A stretch of DNA of 64,000 nucleotides, taken from NCBI GenBank assembly GCA_010015805.1, contig ML978121.1, positions 1,674,001 to 1,738,000 on the forward strand, given 5' to 3'. Origin of the DNA: Rhizodiscina lignyota. Lineage: Eukaryota. This document shows positions 1-12,110 of this stretch, piece by piece (within the stretch, counting starts at the first letter, position 1; each line of letters starts with the position of its first letter). The position numbers were made by a program, and so were the translations under genes. Under the pieces are notes generated by a model. The model ran no database searches and was not told the DNA's origin. It saw only the letters and a list, made by a program, of their open reading frames with translations.

Positions 1-2
1 TG

Positions 3-70
3 CTACCCGCCATTGATTAACTTTTCTGGCTCGCTCCTACCCGCCATTGATTAACTTCTCTGGCTTGGCC
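3..70. repeat. Two-copy 34-bp tandem repeat
   Basis: ctacccgccattgattaacttYtctggct occurs at 3 and 37; may continue beyond the window edge. Confidence 0.8.
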
Positions 71-503
71 TCGGCTGGTAAGCTGGATAGGTACTATATA
101 GACATCGAAGAACTATTCTTGAATTGAACTCCTAGCCTTAGATGTGTGCTATATACATGTGCAGGCCTCCCGTGAGGCGCCAGATGATGAGGCGATTGAA
201 CCACAAAACGTACTTGCCTAAATGATATCGGTGCTAGCCTAAGACTCCATGCCCTTCCTTACTATCAAATAAGCTCAGGGCAATCGTAGAATAAACTATC
301 TCAAGATCATTAATGCAAGTTTTTAATTATGCAACACGCTTCGACGGCTATTGGGTTAAGCGTCTGTGGGATGAACAAATGCAACACATTTCTATTTCTA
401 GTCACTTCCTCAGCGTAACTATTCACTCGGTAAGAGGACAGGGACGAAGAATGTATTGCATCGTGGCAGGGTCTCGATATTTGCGTTCCTACCTCGCCGG
501 AAA

Positions 504-989
504 TTAAGCCTCCTCTTTAGTATCACCCTCTGGAAAACCCACACTCAAATTGCCCCTTCCCCAAACAAAAAACAACAACACACAGCTGACACTTAGCGCG
601 TAGCTGAAGGGATAGGGGGGATAGTTACTCAAAAAGCCAAATATTCCCACTAAGACGCATGACAAAGTATCTGGAGTCCACCAAATATCGACCACATCCA
701 TCACTCTGCATAGCGGCAGCATTCTATATGCCAGCAAGAAGCAGGCCACCAGTCCCAGAGGACATATTACCCAGTTGAACTCGAGGATGCGAAAGAGTTT
801 TTCCGACCTCTTCACAAGGAACTCGTCCACCCCCTCTGGACGTGGGTTGGGAATATCTTGAATCTTCCTCGGAATAGCATTGTCATCGCCTGCGACCTGG
901 AATCTTTGCAGTATGATCCCGTTCGGATCCTCGATCTGATTTGTCGTAATCTGATAATCGGCCATAGCCTGAGGCTCAGGTTTATTCAT
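504..989 (-). CDS. Hypothetical small membrane protein (161 aa)
   Basis: ATG-initiated ORF with 2-3 hydrophobic segments in the C-terminal half; no family recognised. Confidence 0.5.
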   Translation of the reverse strand: MNKPEPQAMADYQITTNQIEDPNGIILQRFQVAGDDNAIPRKIQDIPNPRPEGVDEFLVKRSEKLFRILEFNWVICPLGLVACFLLAYRMLPLCRVMDVVDIWWTPDTLSCVLVGIFGFLSNYPPYPFSYALSVSCVLLFFVWGRGNLSVGFPEGDTKEEA

Positions 990-1345
990 GTTGGTCGTGT
1001 TTCTCGTGATATCTGAATATAAACTTCTTAAAATGGCAACTCTTTCTTGGCTCTGACACTACGGTATATTTGAAAAGGAAGTTGACACCGCGGCTTGAAG
1101 CGAAGAAGAGGAATCGGCAGCGATTTTATAATTGCTAAGGTAACTATTCCTCCGCCATGACGTCGGCACTGTTGGTAACCTGACCGTTGTACAGCGCTTA
1201 GGATCGCAGATCAACTGGCCAGAGAATGAAACATCGACGTATGTTTAGAAGCGAAACTAAGATTGATGATTCCTTATCGACGTGCCAATTTTTCTCTACG
1301 TGAGGCGGCGGGACTCTGTTACACCACAAACACCGAGACCTTCAT

Positions 1346-2470
1346 TCACGACATATCAATCACAAGTTTTCCGCCAGCGCCTTTATGGTAGTCTTCCACC
1401 AGTTCATTGAGCTTTGCCAGCGGATAGGTTCTCTTCACAGCTTTGACCTGGTGCTCCGCGGCGAATTTCAGCATTTCTCGCAAAAGCCTGTTGCTTCCAA
1501 CCAAACTGCCTTCAAAAGAGATTTGCCGAAACACGATGTCTCTTGAGGATATGTTGAAACCCTTCTCTGGGAATGAAACAACGATACACTTTCCACGATT
1601 GCGAAGTAGCTTGACAGCGTAGTCGAAAGCTTGCTGACTTTCGGGCAAGATGATGACAGCATCGAGACCCATTTCACTCCTTTCGGTCTTTCCCATTTCA
1701 CGACCAAGCTCTTGCACCACGCTCTCTGGATCTTCAGTTCTGGCGTCTATCAGCTTCGAGCCAGTGTTTAGAGACATTGCCAGTTCGAGTGGCTTGTCAG
1801 CAGCATCGATGCCGAAGACTTTGAGGCCCATCTTCGTCGCAAATTGCAGGCCTAGATGACCCAAACCGCCACCACAGCCCGATATTCCCACACTCTGTCC
1901 TGGCTTGAGGTTACACTTTATTAGTGCCGAATATATTGTGACGCCAGCGCACATAAGCGGAGCGACATCGACACAGTCCAAGCCCTGGGGTATTGGCGCC
2001 ACCTGCCTTGCATCGACGACCGCGTACTCTCGAAAACCGCCGGGTCCGCTCACTCCATTGTTAGCTGACTTTGGACAATAGACGGAATAGCCTGCTGCAT
2101 CACTATATGGGGTGCTCTCGTCAAGGCACTCAGCACAGGCCCCACAGGGGTGAAAGGCCCGGCCGGGGACTCCCAATCTCGTGCCTGGAGGGAACTGTTT
2201 CGCGGTTTCCGAAGCATTGGAAGGCAGATACACCACGCGGCCTGCGAATTCGTGACATCCCACGTGCGGGAATGATGCTGGGTTTGGAGGCATAAGCCCG
2301 GCGGCAAGAACGGCGTCTGTGTGACAGTAGCTCGCAGCGTCTACTTTGATAAGAATGTCGTACGGCGATGAACATGTTGGCACTTCTGTTTCCCTGAAAT
2401 TGTATGGTTGGTTGAATGCGTCAAGGAATTGCGCCTTCATGATGCGCGGTGGTTCTTCTGTAGCCGCCAT
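1346..2470 (-). CDS. Zinc-binding alcohol dehydrogenase (MDR/GroES-like)
   Basis: YCHTD, GCHEFAG (variant of GHE), structural Zn motif CGACAEC...C, PLMCAGVT, GCGGGLG; intronless; start taken at MAATEE (2470). Confidence 0.93.
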   Translation of the reverse strand: MAATEEPPRIMKAQFLDAFNQPYNFRETEVPTCSSPYDILIKVDAASYCHTDAVLAAGLMPPNPASFPHVGCHEFAGRVVYLPSNASETAKQFPPGTRLGVPGRAFHPCGACAECLDESTPYSDAAGYSVYCPKSANNGVSGPGGFREYAVVDARQVAPIPQGLDCVDVAPLMCAGVTIYSALIKCNLKPGQSVGISGCGGGLGHLGLQFATKMGLKVFGIDAADKPLELAMSLNTGSKLIDARTEDPESVVQELGREMGKTERSEMGLDAVIILPESQQAFDYAVKLLRNRGKCIVVSFPEKGFNISSRDIVFRQISFEGSLVGSNRLLREMLKFAAEHQVKAVKRTYPLAKLNELVEDYHKGAGGKLVIDMS

Positions 2471-2859
2471 TGCCTGAGTGGTGTTACGAATCGTGAAGGA
2501 GATAATGCACAGATGTCGGGCCAAATACTCGCGGTGCAAAATTGACGGAGTAGGAGTTTTACGTCGCTAACCGCGCTGCGCCGAACGTTAAAAAGCGATC
2601 ATGTTGATTTTGATAGCAACGTTCTGATTTGGGAGGTGTGTCTTCCCGGCGGCGGGAGTATTCCCATGGCTTGCAAGCATCCGATGTCGGACGGTGAGTC
2701 GCGAGAATGTTGTTCTTTTCGTATCGCGACTTAGATTTTAAAGATCACACAGATTTCATAATGCCCTCTACAGGCTCTATCAGAGGTATTCATTCAGCCT
2801 TTTTGCAACCCCTTTGTGCTGACGATGCCGCTAGCGTCATAGCCCACGGTGTATATCAG

Positions 2860-2914
2860 GATTTTCTCTTCTTTCACAGATTTTCCCTTCTTTCATAGAT
2901 TTTCTCTCTTTCAA
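2860..2914. repeat. Three-copy ~19-bp pyrimidine-rich tandem repeat
   Basis: gattttctcttctttcaca / gattttcccttctttcata / gattttctctctttcaa, between the two dehydrogenase genes. Confidence 0.75.
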
Positions 2915-3133
2915 TTAATTTGTTCAGGGCACTCCTGGGTCTTCGTTTGTTGGGTGCTTGAGCCTTGACAGGTGGGAGAGTGAATGTGGAGATGGACAGG
3001 ACACGGAGGTGAAGAGACGGGATATTACAGCTCCTCTACCTTCAGCTGCTGGAATTTCACCACTCACGAACGGTTACAGACTCTAGGGACCCTTCGAACA
3101 AGGACCGATGATTTGGGAATACATTATTTGAGC

Positions 3134-4304
3134 TTACTGCCACCCTCCACCAGGTTTCTTCACACTTTCGTTCAGCCATTTATATACGACTCTAGCGTCC
3201 TTCCCAGCGTATCTCGGATCAGCTGACGCCTCCTCGAACGCCTCCATCGTCGGTTTATCCAGAATGTGCCTTGCACCAACCATCTCGGCCAGATCAGTCC
3301 CCATCTGAAGCACCTTCTTGCACAGTTCTATCCGAAACCCACCCTCATAGTTACGACTAGCTGGCGCATTCGGGTGGATCCCAGGGACCGGATTCGAGTT
3401 GGATGTTATCCAGGTTTGGCCGCCGGACGAATTAATCACATCGGTTAGGAGCTTAAGATCCAGGCCCATCTTGTCTCCGATATTCAATGCCTCAGAGGAA
3501 GCAAGACTGACGACTGCGGAGATGTAGTTATTTATCACCTTGAAAGCAGTGCCAGCACCGACGTCTCCGCAGAGAAAGATATTGTCCGAACGTCCCATGT
3601 GAGACAAGACTGCCTTGATTTCGGGAAAAACCTCCTTCCTCGTCGACCCAACCATCAGACAGAGACTACCAGCCTCTGCTCCCATTGGGCCTCCAGACAC
3701 GGGGGAGTCAATGAAGGTCAGGCGCATTCCTGTCGGTAGTTTGAATTCCGCTTCTTCGACAGCTTTACTGACTTCCAAAATTGTGGCGACTTCAATCGTC
3801 CCGCATTCCATCAGGATCTTTTTCTTGGAGCCAGAACTCATCGCTTTCACTGCACCAGCAATAATACCAGTCTTCGGATCTAGGTATACTGCTTTGACGG
3901 CTGGGCTGTCAGGAAGCATAGTGATGACCATATCCTAAAGTGAGCGTAAGCAGATGCCCCATCTCAACAGCGTTGAGGTGAATATACCGCGGCTTGAGCG
4001 GCCTCAAATCCATTCTCAACGACGTCGATTTCGCCTTTGCCTTTCATTTGTGACTGATATTTTGAGATTGCATCTTTTGATATGTCGCAAATGACGATCT
4101 TGTACGAAGAATCAATCTTGGAGCGGAGATTCACTGCCATGCGGTATCCCATGACACCAAGGCCTACGAAACACCATGTTAATCGGATATTCTCAAGCGC
4201 AGGTGTACAACAACTTCTAAATGACCGTGATCCAACACTGAACTTTCTCGGAGGGCCAAATGGTTCTTACCAATGAAGGCAATGGTTTTAGCCGGGGTAG
4301 CCAT
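3134..4304 (-). CDS. 3-hydroxyisobutyrate/beta-hydroxyacid dehydrogenase family protein
   Basis: Spliced N-terminus MATPAKTIAFIG|LGVMGYRMA (intron 4164-4270), second intron ~3935-3987; DSPVSGG and FKVINN (catalytic Lys) motifs. Confidence 0.92.
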
Positions 4305-4720
4305 CTTGAGTAAGGCGATCTGTGATCAGTCTATACGTCTTCAAGATTCACACACTCCTTTGGGAATGAGGATTGAAGTGTCGTCTGCATCTTGCATGTC
4401 TGCTCTGGGGTACTCCACTCCAAGGGAAGCGAAGTTGCCGTCCATGTCACGGGAATGGCAAACAACAACCCCGCACTCACAATGACCCATTATGAGAGCC
4501 GAGTATTGACACCGAGGAATCGCCCAATTTTACAGACTCACGAACTGGTTACATTCCGGTACAAGATTCCCGGAAGGTGCTGTTATATGCTTTCTGAACG
4601 CGGTGATCATCCGATTGGGCAGGATGAAGCTGATATTGATTGATGAGATACGTGCAGGACAATTGGATGGAGGCTGGAGTTTCTCAAATGTATTCAATTC
4701 ATATTTTATTTCCATACGCT

Positions 4721-5692
4721 TCATATTGTCCCTGGGAAGAACTTATCCTTATTTTTCTCCCTCCACCCAATGTCATGAGCTACAATGACTTGAACTTGAG
4801 CGTTCTTCCCCAGGAAAGACTTGATCTGGTCGAGCGTCTTCGTTGCAGCTTGGGTGTCCATGTGCACAGTTCGTTGCCCACCGTGACCGTCATCATATGT
4901 GGCAATTCCCTTCTCTCCTTTCAGAATCCGCACATCATGACAGCAGTCGCCTCCCAAATACACCCAGCGGTCCTTGCCAATTCTGGCGAGCAGATTGACG
5001 TGGCCAATGATGTGGCCAGGGGCGTCAATGACCCAGACTGAACCGTCGCCGAAGAGGTCCAAAGCGTTCGGGAACCCTGCGAAAGACTGCCAGGTGTGGC
5101 CAGTCCGCCTCCCAGAAGCGATACTCTGGTCTCCCGAGCTCGTCGGTGGAAACTCAAACGTAGCCACCGTCGGAAGCAAGTCCTTATTGAATATCTCCGC
5201 TGGGTAGTGAGACCCTGCTCCGTTTTGGAGAACATGCAAAGTCCCACTGCCGACGAAGAATTTTGCGGTTTTATAGTCGCTTGGTGTACCGACATGATCC
5301 CAATGAACGTGGCTTAGAATGACAATGTCGATGTCAACATCCGGCTCCAGACCACCTGCTTGAAGACTTCCAGCACAATCGGGTTCCGTGATCACCGGTT
5401 GTCGGTTTGCAATGTGACTCGCCATTGCTGGCGTGTACTGTGTCAAGTCGCGCTTGAGGCCAAGGTCGAAAATTAGATTCATAGTGTCGCGGCCATTGTT
5501 CCCAAGGCTCGGATGCTGGATCAAGAAGCAAAGGGAAGGCACTGTAGCCCTCCTCTCTGGGTCCGCATCCGTGATGAAGAGATACTCCGGAAGAGTCAAA
5601 TGGCCGCCATCGAGCGCTGAGATGGTGACATATTTCTCATCTTCTTTCGCTGAAGGCAGCGAGTCGCCAGACTGAGATCCATTACCTGCCAT
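4721..5692 (-). CDS. Metallo-beta-lactamase-fold hydrolase, AHL-lactonase/lactamase-like
   Basis: SHVHWDHVG (HxHxDH), DLFGDGS, DAPGH, GGDCCH, VIVAHD; start at 5692 (alternative 5731). Confidence 0.92.
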   Translation of the reverse strand: MAGNGSQSGDSLPSAKEDEKYVTISALDGGHLTLPEYLFITDADPERRATVPSLCFLIQHPSLGNNGRDTMNLIFDLGLKRDLTQYTPAMASHIANRQPVITEPDCAGSLQAGGLEPDVDIDIVILSHVHWDHVGTPSDYKTAKFFVGSGTLHVLQNGAGSHYPAEIFNKDLLPTVATFEFPPTSSGDQSIASGRRTGHTWQSFAGFPNALDLFGDGSVWVIDAPGHIIGHVNLLARIGKDRWVYLGGDCCHDVRILKGEKGIATYDDGHGGQRTVHMDTQAATKTLDQIKSFLGKNAQVQVIVAHDIGWREKNKDKFFPGTI

Positions 5693-6152
5693 GTTGACCC
5701 TTGGGTCCGCAGCTCCGGCGTTGTTGAGCATTATTGACTCCGCGTGCGGAGCTATGTATATATTAGATAAACGGCCCGAAGGTACCTTTGTGACTTTTGA
5801 TGCAACTTTATGTGCCGTTGTAAGAAACAAGACGCGCCCGTATCGTGATTCGCTGTTAAGTCCGCTAAGTACAAAAGTGGCTAAAGAAGTGCAGCCCGCT
5901 AGCCTTGAGTCACGTGATGGTCCGTGCACGTTAGATGCGCCTCACCACATCCTGCCATGAAGTCTGTTCCTTGCAGAATGGGCCCGACTGCGGAGCCAAA
6001 GCCGACAAGGGGATGGCTCGCGGGGAAGCCGTCAGCTTAAAGGGATCGATACAACCGACACGTACCGAAGTGATTTATGAGTCTAAGGACGCTTGTGAGA
6101 GACGGGACACGCCAATTCAGAAACCCGCGTATTCGCCCCGTTCAAAATAAGA

Positions 6153-7001
6153 ATGGCATCATCAAGCGAGCTGAAGCAGCAATTTGAGGCCGAGCTCGGC
6201 AAAGAAGCTTGGAATGAAGGTTGGGAAGCAATGCTGAGATTCAGTCCGGAGGCATTCAAGACCAGTCTCGAACTGCATGCCGTTCCGAAGCGAAAGCAGC
6301 ATCTATCTCGAAAGATACAAGCTCTCCTAGCTTTGTCCGTAGATGCTTCGGCGACACATCTCTACGTTCCCGGGATCCAGGAGAAGGTCAAAGCAGCTCT
6401 CAGAGCCGGGGCAAGCGTCGCCGAAATCACTGAGGTAATTGAGTGCACATCAACATTGGGTGTTCATGCTTGCAACATAGGCGTTCCTTTACTTGTGGAA
6501 GTCATGAGAGAGGAGGGAGTTTACGATATCCATCCAGCTGCAGGACAGATGGACGAGAAAAAGGAGAAACTCAAGGAAGAATTTACGAGAAACAGAGGCT
6601 ACTGGCATACCTTTTGGGAGGACTTCTTGAAGCTGGATCCGGAATTTTTTGAAGCGTATATGAACTTTTCAAGCGTGCCTTGGGTAAAGGATGTCAATGG
6701 CGATGGAAAGGGCGGAGGAGTATTAGAGCCGAAGGTGAGAATCGCTTGTACAATGCCTCAGTTTGCCTCTAACGACGTGGTACAGGTCAAAGAGCTTATA
6801 TATTGCGCGTTCGATGTTGCTGCTACTCACCTGTATCAGCCGGGACTCAAGCTTCACATGCGAAACGCTCTTCGATACGGAGCTTCACCAGAGGAGATCA
6901 TGGAGGTCCTCGAAATTGCTACGGCGCTCAGTTTGCACACCGAAGAAACGGCATTTCCGATTCTTGCTCAGTGTGTAGATGACAATGCAGGCAAGCAATG
7001 A
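6153..7001 (+). CDS. Carboxymuconolactone decarboxylase / AhpD-like protein with two CMD repeats
   Basis: Duplicated ATHLY.PG...A..GAS..EI.EV motif; 51-nt in-frame intron 6735-6785 (gtgaga..ctaac..cag). Confidence 0.9.
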   Translation: MASSSELKQQFEAELGKEAWNEGWEAMLRFSPEAFKTSLELHAVPKRKQHLSRKIQALLALSVDASATHLYVPGIQEKVKAALRAGASVAEITEVIECTSTLGVHACNIGVPLLVEVMREEGVYDIHPAAGQMDEKKEKLKEEFTRNRGYWHTFWEDFLKLDPEFFEAYMNFSSVPWVKDVNGDGKGGGVLEPKVRIACTMPQFASNDVVQVKELIYCAFDVAATHLYQPGLKLHMRNALRYGASPEEIMEVLEIATALSLHTEETAFPILAQCVDDNAGKQ

Positions 7002-7044
7002 TTAACTAGATACCTTTCAATGCTATTCCTTGGATGGCCTCATT

Positions 7045-8042
7045 CTACTCCTCTTTGGTGAAGCCGAATGACTTATCCTCGCCCCATGTTGGATTCTCAA
7101 TTGGCTTATTCACCCACCACTTCCTCAAGAAGTCCTCGATCGACACAGGCCTGACTTCCGGGCACAACTGGTTCAATGTCGGCTTCATCTCGAAGCCACC
7201 TTTTGCGATGCAAATCCTGGCCTGGTTATAGAACCTCTTCTGTGGGACCTCGGCCATCTTTTCCATGTCCTCAATTGTGTTCGTTCTGACGAGCATCTTC
7301 TCACCGCCCCTGACCTTCTCGATCATCTTCACTACGTCGATGTAGCTCGCGTCGTCCCCACTCATCATACTCTCAGCTGGCCATTTCTCGAGATCAAGGC
7401 TCGCCACGACGAAGCGACAAATATCATTGATCTCCGTGTACGTGACCTTGGTTGTTCCGTCTCCTGGCAAGTCTGCTGTGCCGGCTGTCATGTTGATCAC
7501 AAAGTTCCACGGACGAAGACCAGCCAATGCCTCATCGTTGTGAGGCGCCAGCAGGTTCATGAACAGGCCACAAGAGTAACGTGTGTATTCCGTACCACTA
7601 CGTTGAACAGCCTCCCAAGCAGGGATCTTAAAGCGGTACTAAAATGCAGAACAAGTTAGCACAACTCTAGACTTCATCTTTACACCACAAGATAACCGAC
7701 CAGATCAACGCCTTCATAGGAGCCATGTGCAAATTCAGAGGGCGCAAACCGCTTGACCCCCGCAACACGAGCAGCTTCGATCACTGCGAGTTGGGGATCA
7801 GATTCAGTGAGAACAGCGCCGGCGCCCATACAGCTGATAACAGTATGAACACCAGTGAGGACTTGAACAAGCTCTCCCTGGTTGCTGTAGTCTACAACGC
7901 AGACATTGACACCAAGCGCAGAGAGCTCCGGCTTTGCTGACCGTGAGAGAAGTGTGATGGTATGCTTCTTTGACTTTACGAGATGATGGAGAAGGGTAAG
8001 GCCAAACCCGGAGCTTGCACCAGCAAGTGCTACGTGTACCAT
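7045..8042 (-). CDS. NmrA-like / isoflavone-reductase-family NAD(P)-binding protein
   Basis: VALAGASSGFG, VDY, AGVKRFAPSEF; intron ~7639-7700; downstream GLFMN..., DICRFV. Confidence 0.9.
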
Positions 8043-9017
8043 GTTGGTCTGGCTGGAACGTAAAGCAAATCGAGAGTGCTGGAAAAGCTGAAAAAACTCA
8101 AACAGATGAGAATTTGCGATAACATAGTGCAATGAATGAAACAAGCCCCTTTGTCCATTTATACTTCCCCTTCTCGGAGATACTCCAAGCTGTCGCCGTC
8201 CTTGAGTAACACTACATGAGCCTCCAATTGATAATCTTAACAGCGACGGAGTTAGAGAGAGCTTATGATTCGCCAAAGCCCTCCAAACGAAGATATTTTT
8301 GCGATAGCTCTGTAGTCAAAGCAGATGTTGTCTGTTGATTGCAATGTCAGGGAGGAGGTTGGGTGGCGGCACCAGCCAATCAGGGCCAGGTCGGTACGAC
8401 AAACGACCCGAAAACCTGCTCACCCGGGGGCTCCTTCGGCCCATCGTGAGGGGTTTTCGAGAGGAGACAGCGCTGGTGTATTATCTTTCCTGTACTCTCT
8501 CTACATTTGCTCTTTTTCCAAGGCCAAAATCTTTCGCTCCAAGGTTATCTCCTCGTCCTGCTGCTTTGGACTCCAAACTCTGTTTGTAACGTCGTGCGTC
8601 CTTAGGACATTGAAAGTCCAGTCCGCTGTGGGGTTATCGTACGGGGTACTCCGCAGATTACCGACGGACGGGGTGTAAGAGCTGCTTGCGATCATTAGGC
8701 GTTCCTTATCGTGCAACTTGCCCGGTGACCAAACATTCTGTCCTCCTCAGGCTTGCTTTAGGAATTTCATATCGAAATTATGTCTTGCAAATGCTCCAAC
8801 AGTCTCATGATTGGCCTGTTTCATCTGGAAGCTCTCTCTCCAAATTGACGATAATTCCTACTCTTCTTCGATTGACTTTCTTGTCGAGCAGTTCTGTGAA
8901 CAACGAATCTAATCTGCTTGAAAGAATCTGTTTTGATGTCATCTAGCATCGAGTCCAGTCCAATCACTTGAGCTTACTAAAATCCATCTGCTTCAAGGTC
9001 ATATTCATTACACGCGG

Positions 9018-9047
9018 CCGCGGACGCTGAGGCCCGCGGACGCTGAG
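9018..9047. repeat. Direct repeat ccgcggacgctgag x2
   Basis: 14-mer at 9018 and 9034 (16-bp period). Confidence 0.75.
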
Positions 9048-10038
9048 AGCCGCTAGGTCACAGAGCAATGCTTACGCCGGTTTATATGTGAAGGCTACAT
9101 TTTTGCCAATTCGATAAGGCCCCAGCAAGCGTCCGGAGCGAGAAGCAACAAATTCTGGGAGTACGTATGATGGATGTGGCTGTGCTCGAATTAAAATTCT
9201 CCGTCGCAACATACATAACAGAAGGACTGATGAGTACGTTCCATATCATCCCCTCAACGTACAATTACTTCGAATCTCTTCAACTAAATAAATATCCCCT
9301 TAGATTCATCCCATGTTGAGCTTGGAGCCGCTTGCTCTCCGACTGTGCTGGATCCCACGTGGCCCTCCAAGGACCGAATTCCGGGTTGATGAGTTATTGT
9401 CGCCCAAGTCCGTCTCCACGTTTTCAGTCCGCGTGAGCCCCATGGGCGAAATTGCATCGAATCGAACGGCAACTTGAACGGCTTCAAGAACCCGCTTCTT
9501 TACTGATTTCGGAAATAAAGCGGGTTTGTGAACCCATACCCACTGCGGGTTGTGGAGAAGGTGGAGCGGAGAGGACCATTCTTGGGCATGCCTAGCAAGG
9601 TCTTTCCCCTGATCTTATCGTTCCTCACATCCTCCAAGCCTTTTCTCACCTCTTGGCCCACCTTGACGGTTTCGGGAGAGGTCACACGGGGAGAAAACGG
9701 AACAAAATCGCCACGGAAGTATACATCCGCACGGTGAAGTTCGGCACTTATGCTGTCACCACGGTACCTTAGTCCTGTCTCTTCGAGAGTGGAACCATGG
9801 TTGCAGCCATGCAATGGAATCCAAATATCAAGTCCAACCCCAACTGCTCTGAACGTTTCAAAATGCGGTCAACTTTCCGAACGGCGAACGCTTTGTCCTC
9901 CTAACTTACCCCAGTCAATGATATTCTTTTAGGAAATCTAGTATAATCTTATCATTCTTCCAGATTCTATTTCGACTCCAAAGGATGCTCTAAGCCAAAC
10001 TTTTCTCAATTTTCATCCCCACATCCTGCTCTTCAACC

Positions 10039-12110
10039 ATGGAGGACGAAACGAAAGACGAGAAACACTTCGAGGAATTCACGGTCGAAGATGAATCGCC
10101 GGAAGCTATTGAGTTCAAGAAGAAGGAGCGAAAGCTCGTCAGAAAATTGGACACCTTTGTAGCTCCGGTGGTAATGATGCTCATGCTCATTTCCTACCTT
10201 GACCGCGGTAATATAGGATTTGCAGCAACCCAAGGCATGAATGAAGACCTTAATTTGAAAGGATCTGAATACAACGTATGTCATCTCTCACTTTCAACTG
10301 TTCAGTCTAGACTAATACTGGCACAGATTGCGGTATCATTATTTTACATCACGTATATTCTTGCTGAGGTGTGTATTCCGACAACATTCTTGCGCGAAAG
10401 TACTGAACCTAGGCAGTTTCCGGCTTCACTTCTTGTGAAGAGGCTTAGCTTCAAGCGCGTTATGCCCGCAATCGCCTTCGGCTGGGGCCTCATTTGCATG
10501 GTAAGCAAATCGAGCTCCTTTCTCCAAACTAGGACAAATGCTCACTCGTATTTAGTGCGTCGGCTTCGTTAAGGGCTTCGCGTCCCTAGTTGTACTCCGA
10601 TTACTACTTGGTTTCTTCGAGGGTTGTCTTTTCCCAGCTCTGACTTTGTTCCTCGCCAATTGGTATAAGCGTGAAGAACTCGGTGAGCGTGGGCCACAGT
10701 AAACAGAAACTCAAATATACTAACACTAGAAAGGTCTAAGAGTATCATATCTCTTCATTGCATCAGCCTTATCCGGAGCTTTCGGAGGTCTCATCGCACT
10801 CGGTATCTTGTTCATGAACGGGACGGCTGGCTATGCAGGTTGGCGATGGTATGGCTAATTGCAACTACCGAAGGAGCTAGTTTCCAGCGAGCGAACAGTC
10901 TGCGCATCCACCTTGTTAAAGTTACCCCTGGTACTTCCAAGAAGCTTCCTCGTATTGGTGAAGTTGCATTCGAGGTTGTTAGGGCGTAGCTTGCATAGCG
11001 TACCTTGGACGATTTGCTTCTCCTTATTACGTAAAAGAGACGCTGTTGCAGGTCTTGTTCGCTCGCCGGAATCTAGCTCCTTCATCTTATCATATCGAAG
11101 AAACTAACAGTGAACAGGCTCTATATCATCGAGGGCATCATCACCATTGCCTTCTCGTTTATTTGCTACTTTCTTGTGCCGGAAAATTACTCCACGGCGT
11201 ATTTCCTTAACGCAGAAGAGAAGGCTATCATGAAGCACCGCTCAGAGCTGATGGAGTCGTATAGTGGTGGCGACGGCAAATATACGAAGAAGGATATCAA
11301 GCTGGCGTTGACGGATATCAAGACTTGGCTCCACGGTATCCTGCAGGTGGCCGTTGTCACAATCCTGTACGGGTTTGGCACATTTTTGCCTGTGATCCTG
11401 AAATTCGGCTTCCATTACTCCACTTTACAGTCTCAGTATCTTGTCATTCCAGGTGAGTCTATTAAACTCCTAAAAGCTTTGCTATACACTCACAATTCGA
11501 CAGTTAACCTTTGGGGCGCACTATCATACCTCGTCGGCGCAATCGTACGTATCTCTTTAGGACTTTCGCTGTTTCATTCCACCCCCCCAAAACCAACCAA
11601 CCCCCTTTCTCCCCGGGAATAATCCTGCTGATTCCTTCATAGCTGGCCGATAGATACAATGCAAGATGGATAACTCAAATGATCTGCGCGCCCATCGGAA
11701 TAGCGGGTTATGCGATTCTGCTCAATCTGGACAAGGTCTCTCCCGGAGTCCAATATTTCGCCACTTATTTAATCTCTACGGCCTGCTACCTCTGCACGGG
11801 GACGAATATTGCGTGGCACTCGATGAATACCGCTCCGGATGGAAAACGCGCTGCTGCACTCGGTGTCCAACTGACGCTCACAAACATCGGAGGTGTCATC
11901 AGCGGACAGATATATCGCGACCCTCCAAATTACACTCTTGGACATGCCTGGTCTTTAGGATCTCTCGGCTTTGCCTGGTGCGGGTGGTGGATCTTATTGT
12001 TCATCTACAAGAGGCGTGACGCTTGGAAGGCAAAGGCGCGGGCGGAGGGAGTTGTTATCCCATCCGAAGACTTTTCAGACCGTTCTCCAGAGTTCAAGTA
12101 TCAGTACTAG
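10039..12110 (+). CDS. MFS transporter, anion:cation symporter (allantoate/nicotinate permease-like) family
   Basis: LVRKLD, SYLDRGNIG, LRLLLGFFEG, WYKREE, GWRW|LYIIEG, GKRAAALG; about 7 introns. Confidence 0.92.
10870..11083. mobile_element. MITE-like foldback element inside an MFS intron
   Basis: 28-bp inverted repeats with 2 mismatches (10870-10897 gaaggagctagtttccagcgagcgaaca; 11056-11083 tgttcgctcgccggaatctagctccttc) in an unusually long ~270-nt intron; no clean TSD. Confidence 0.6.
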
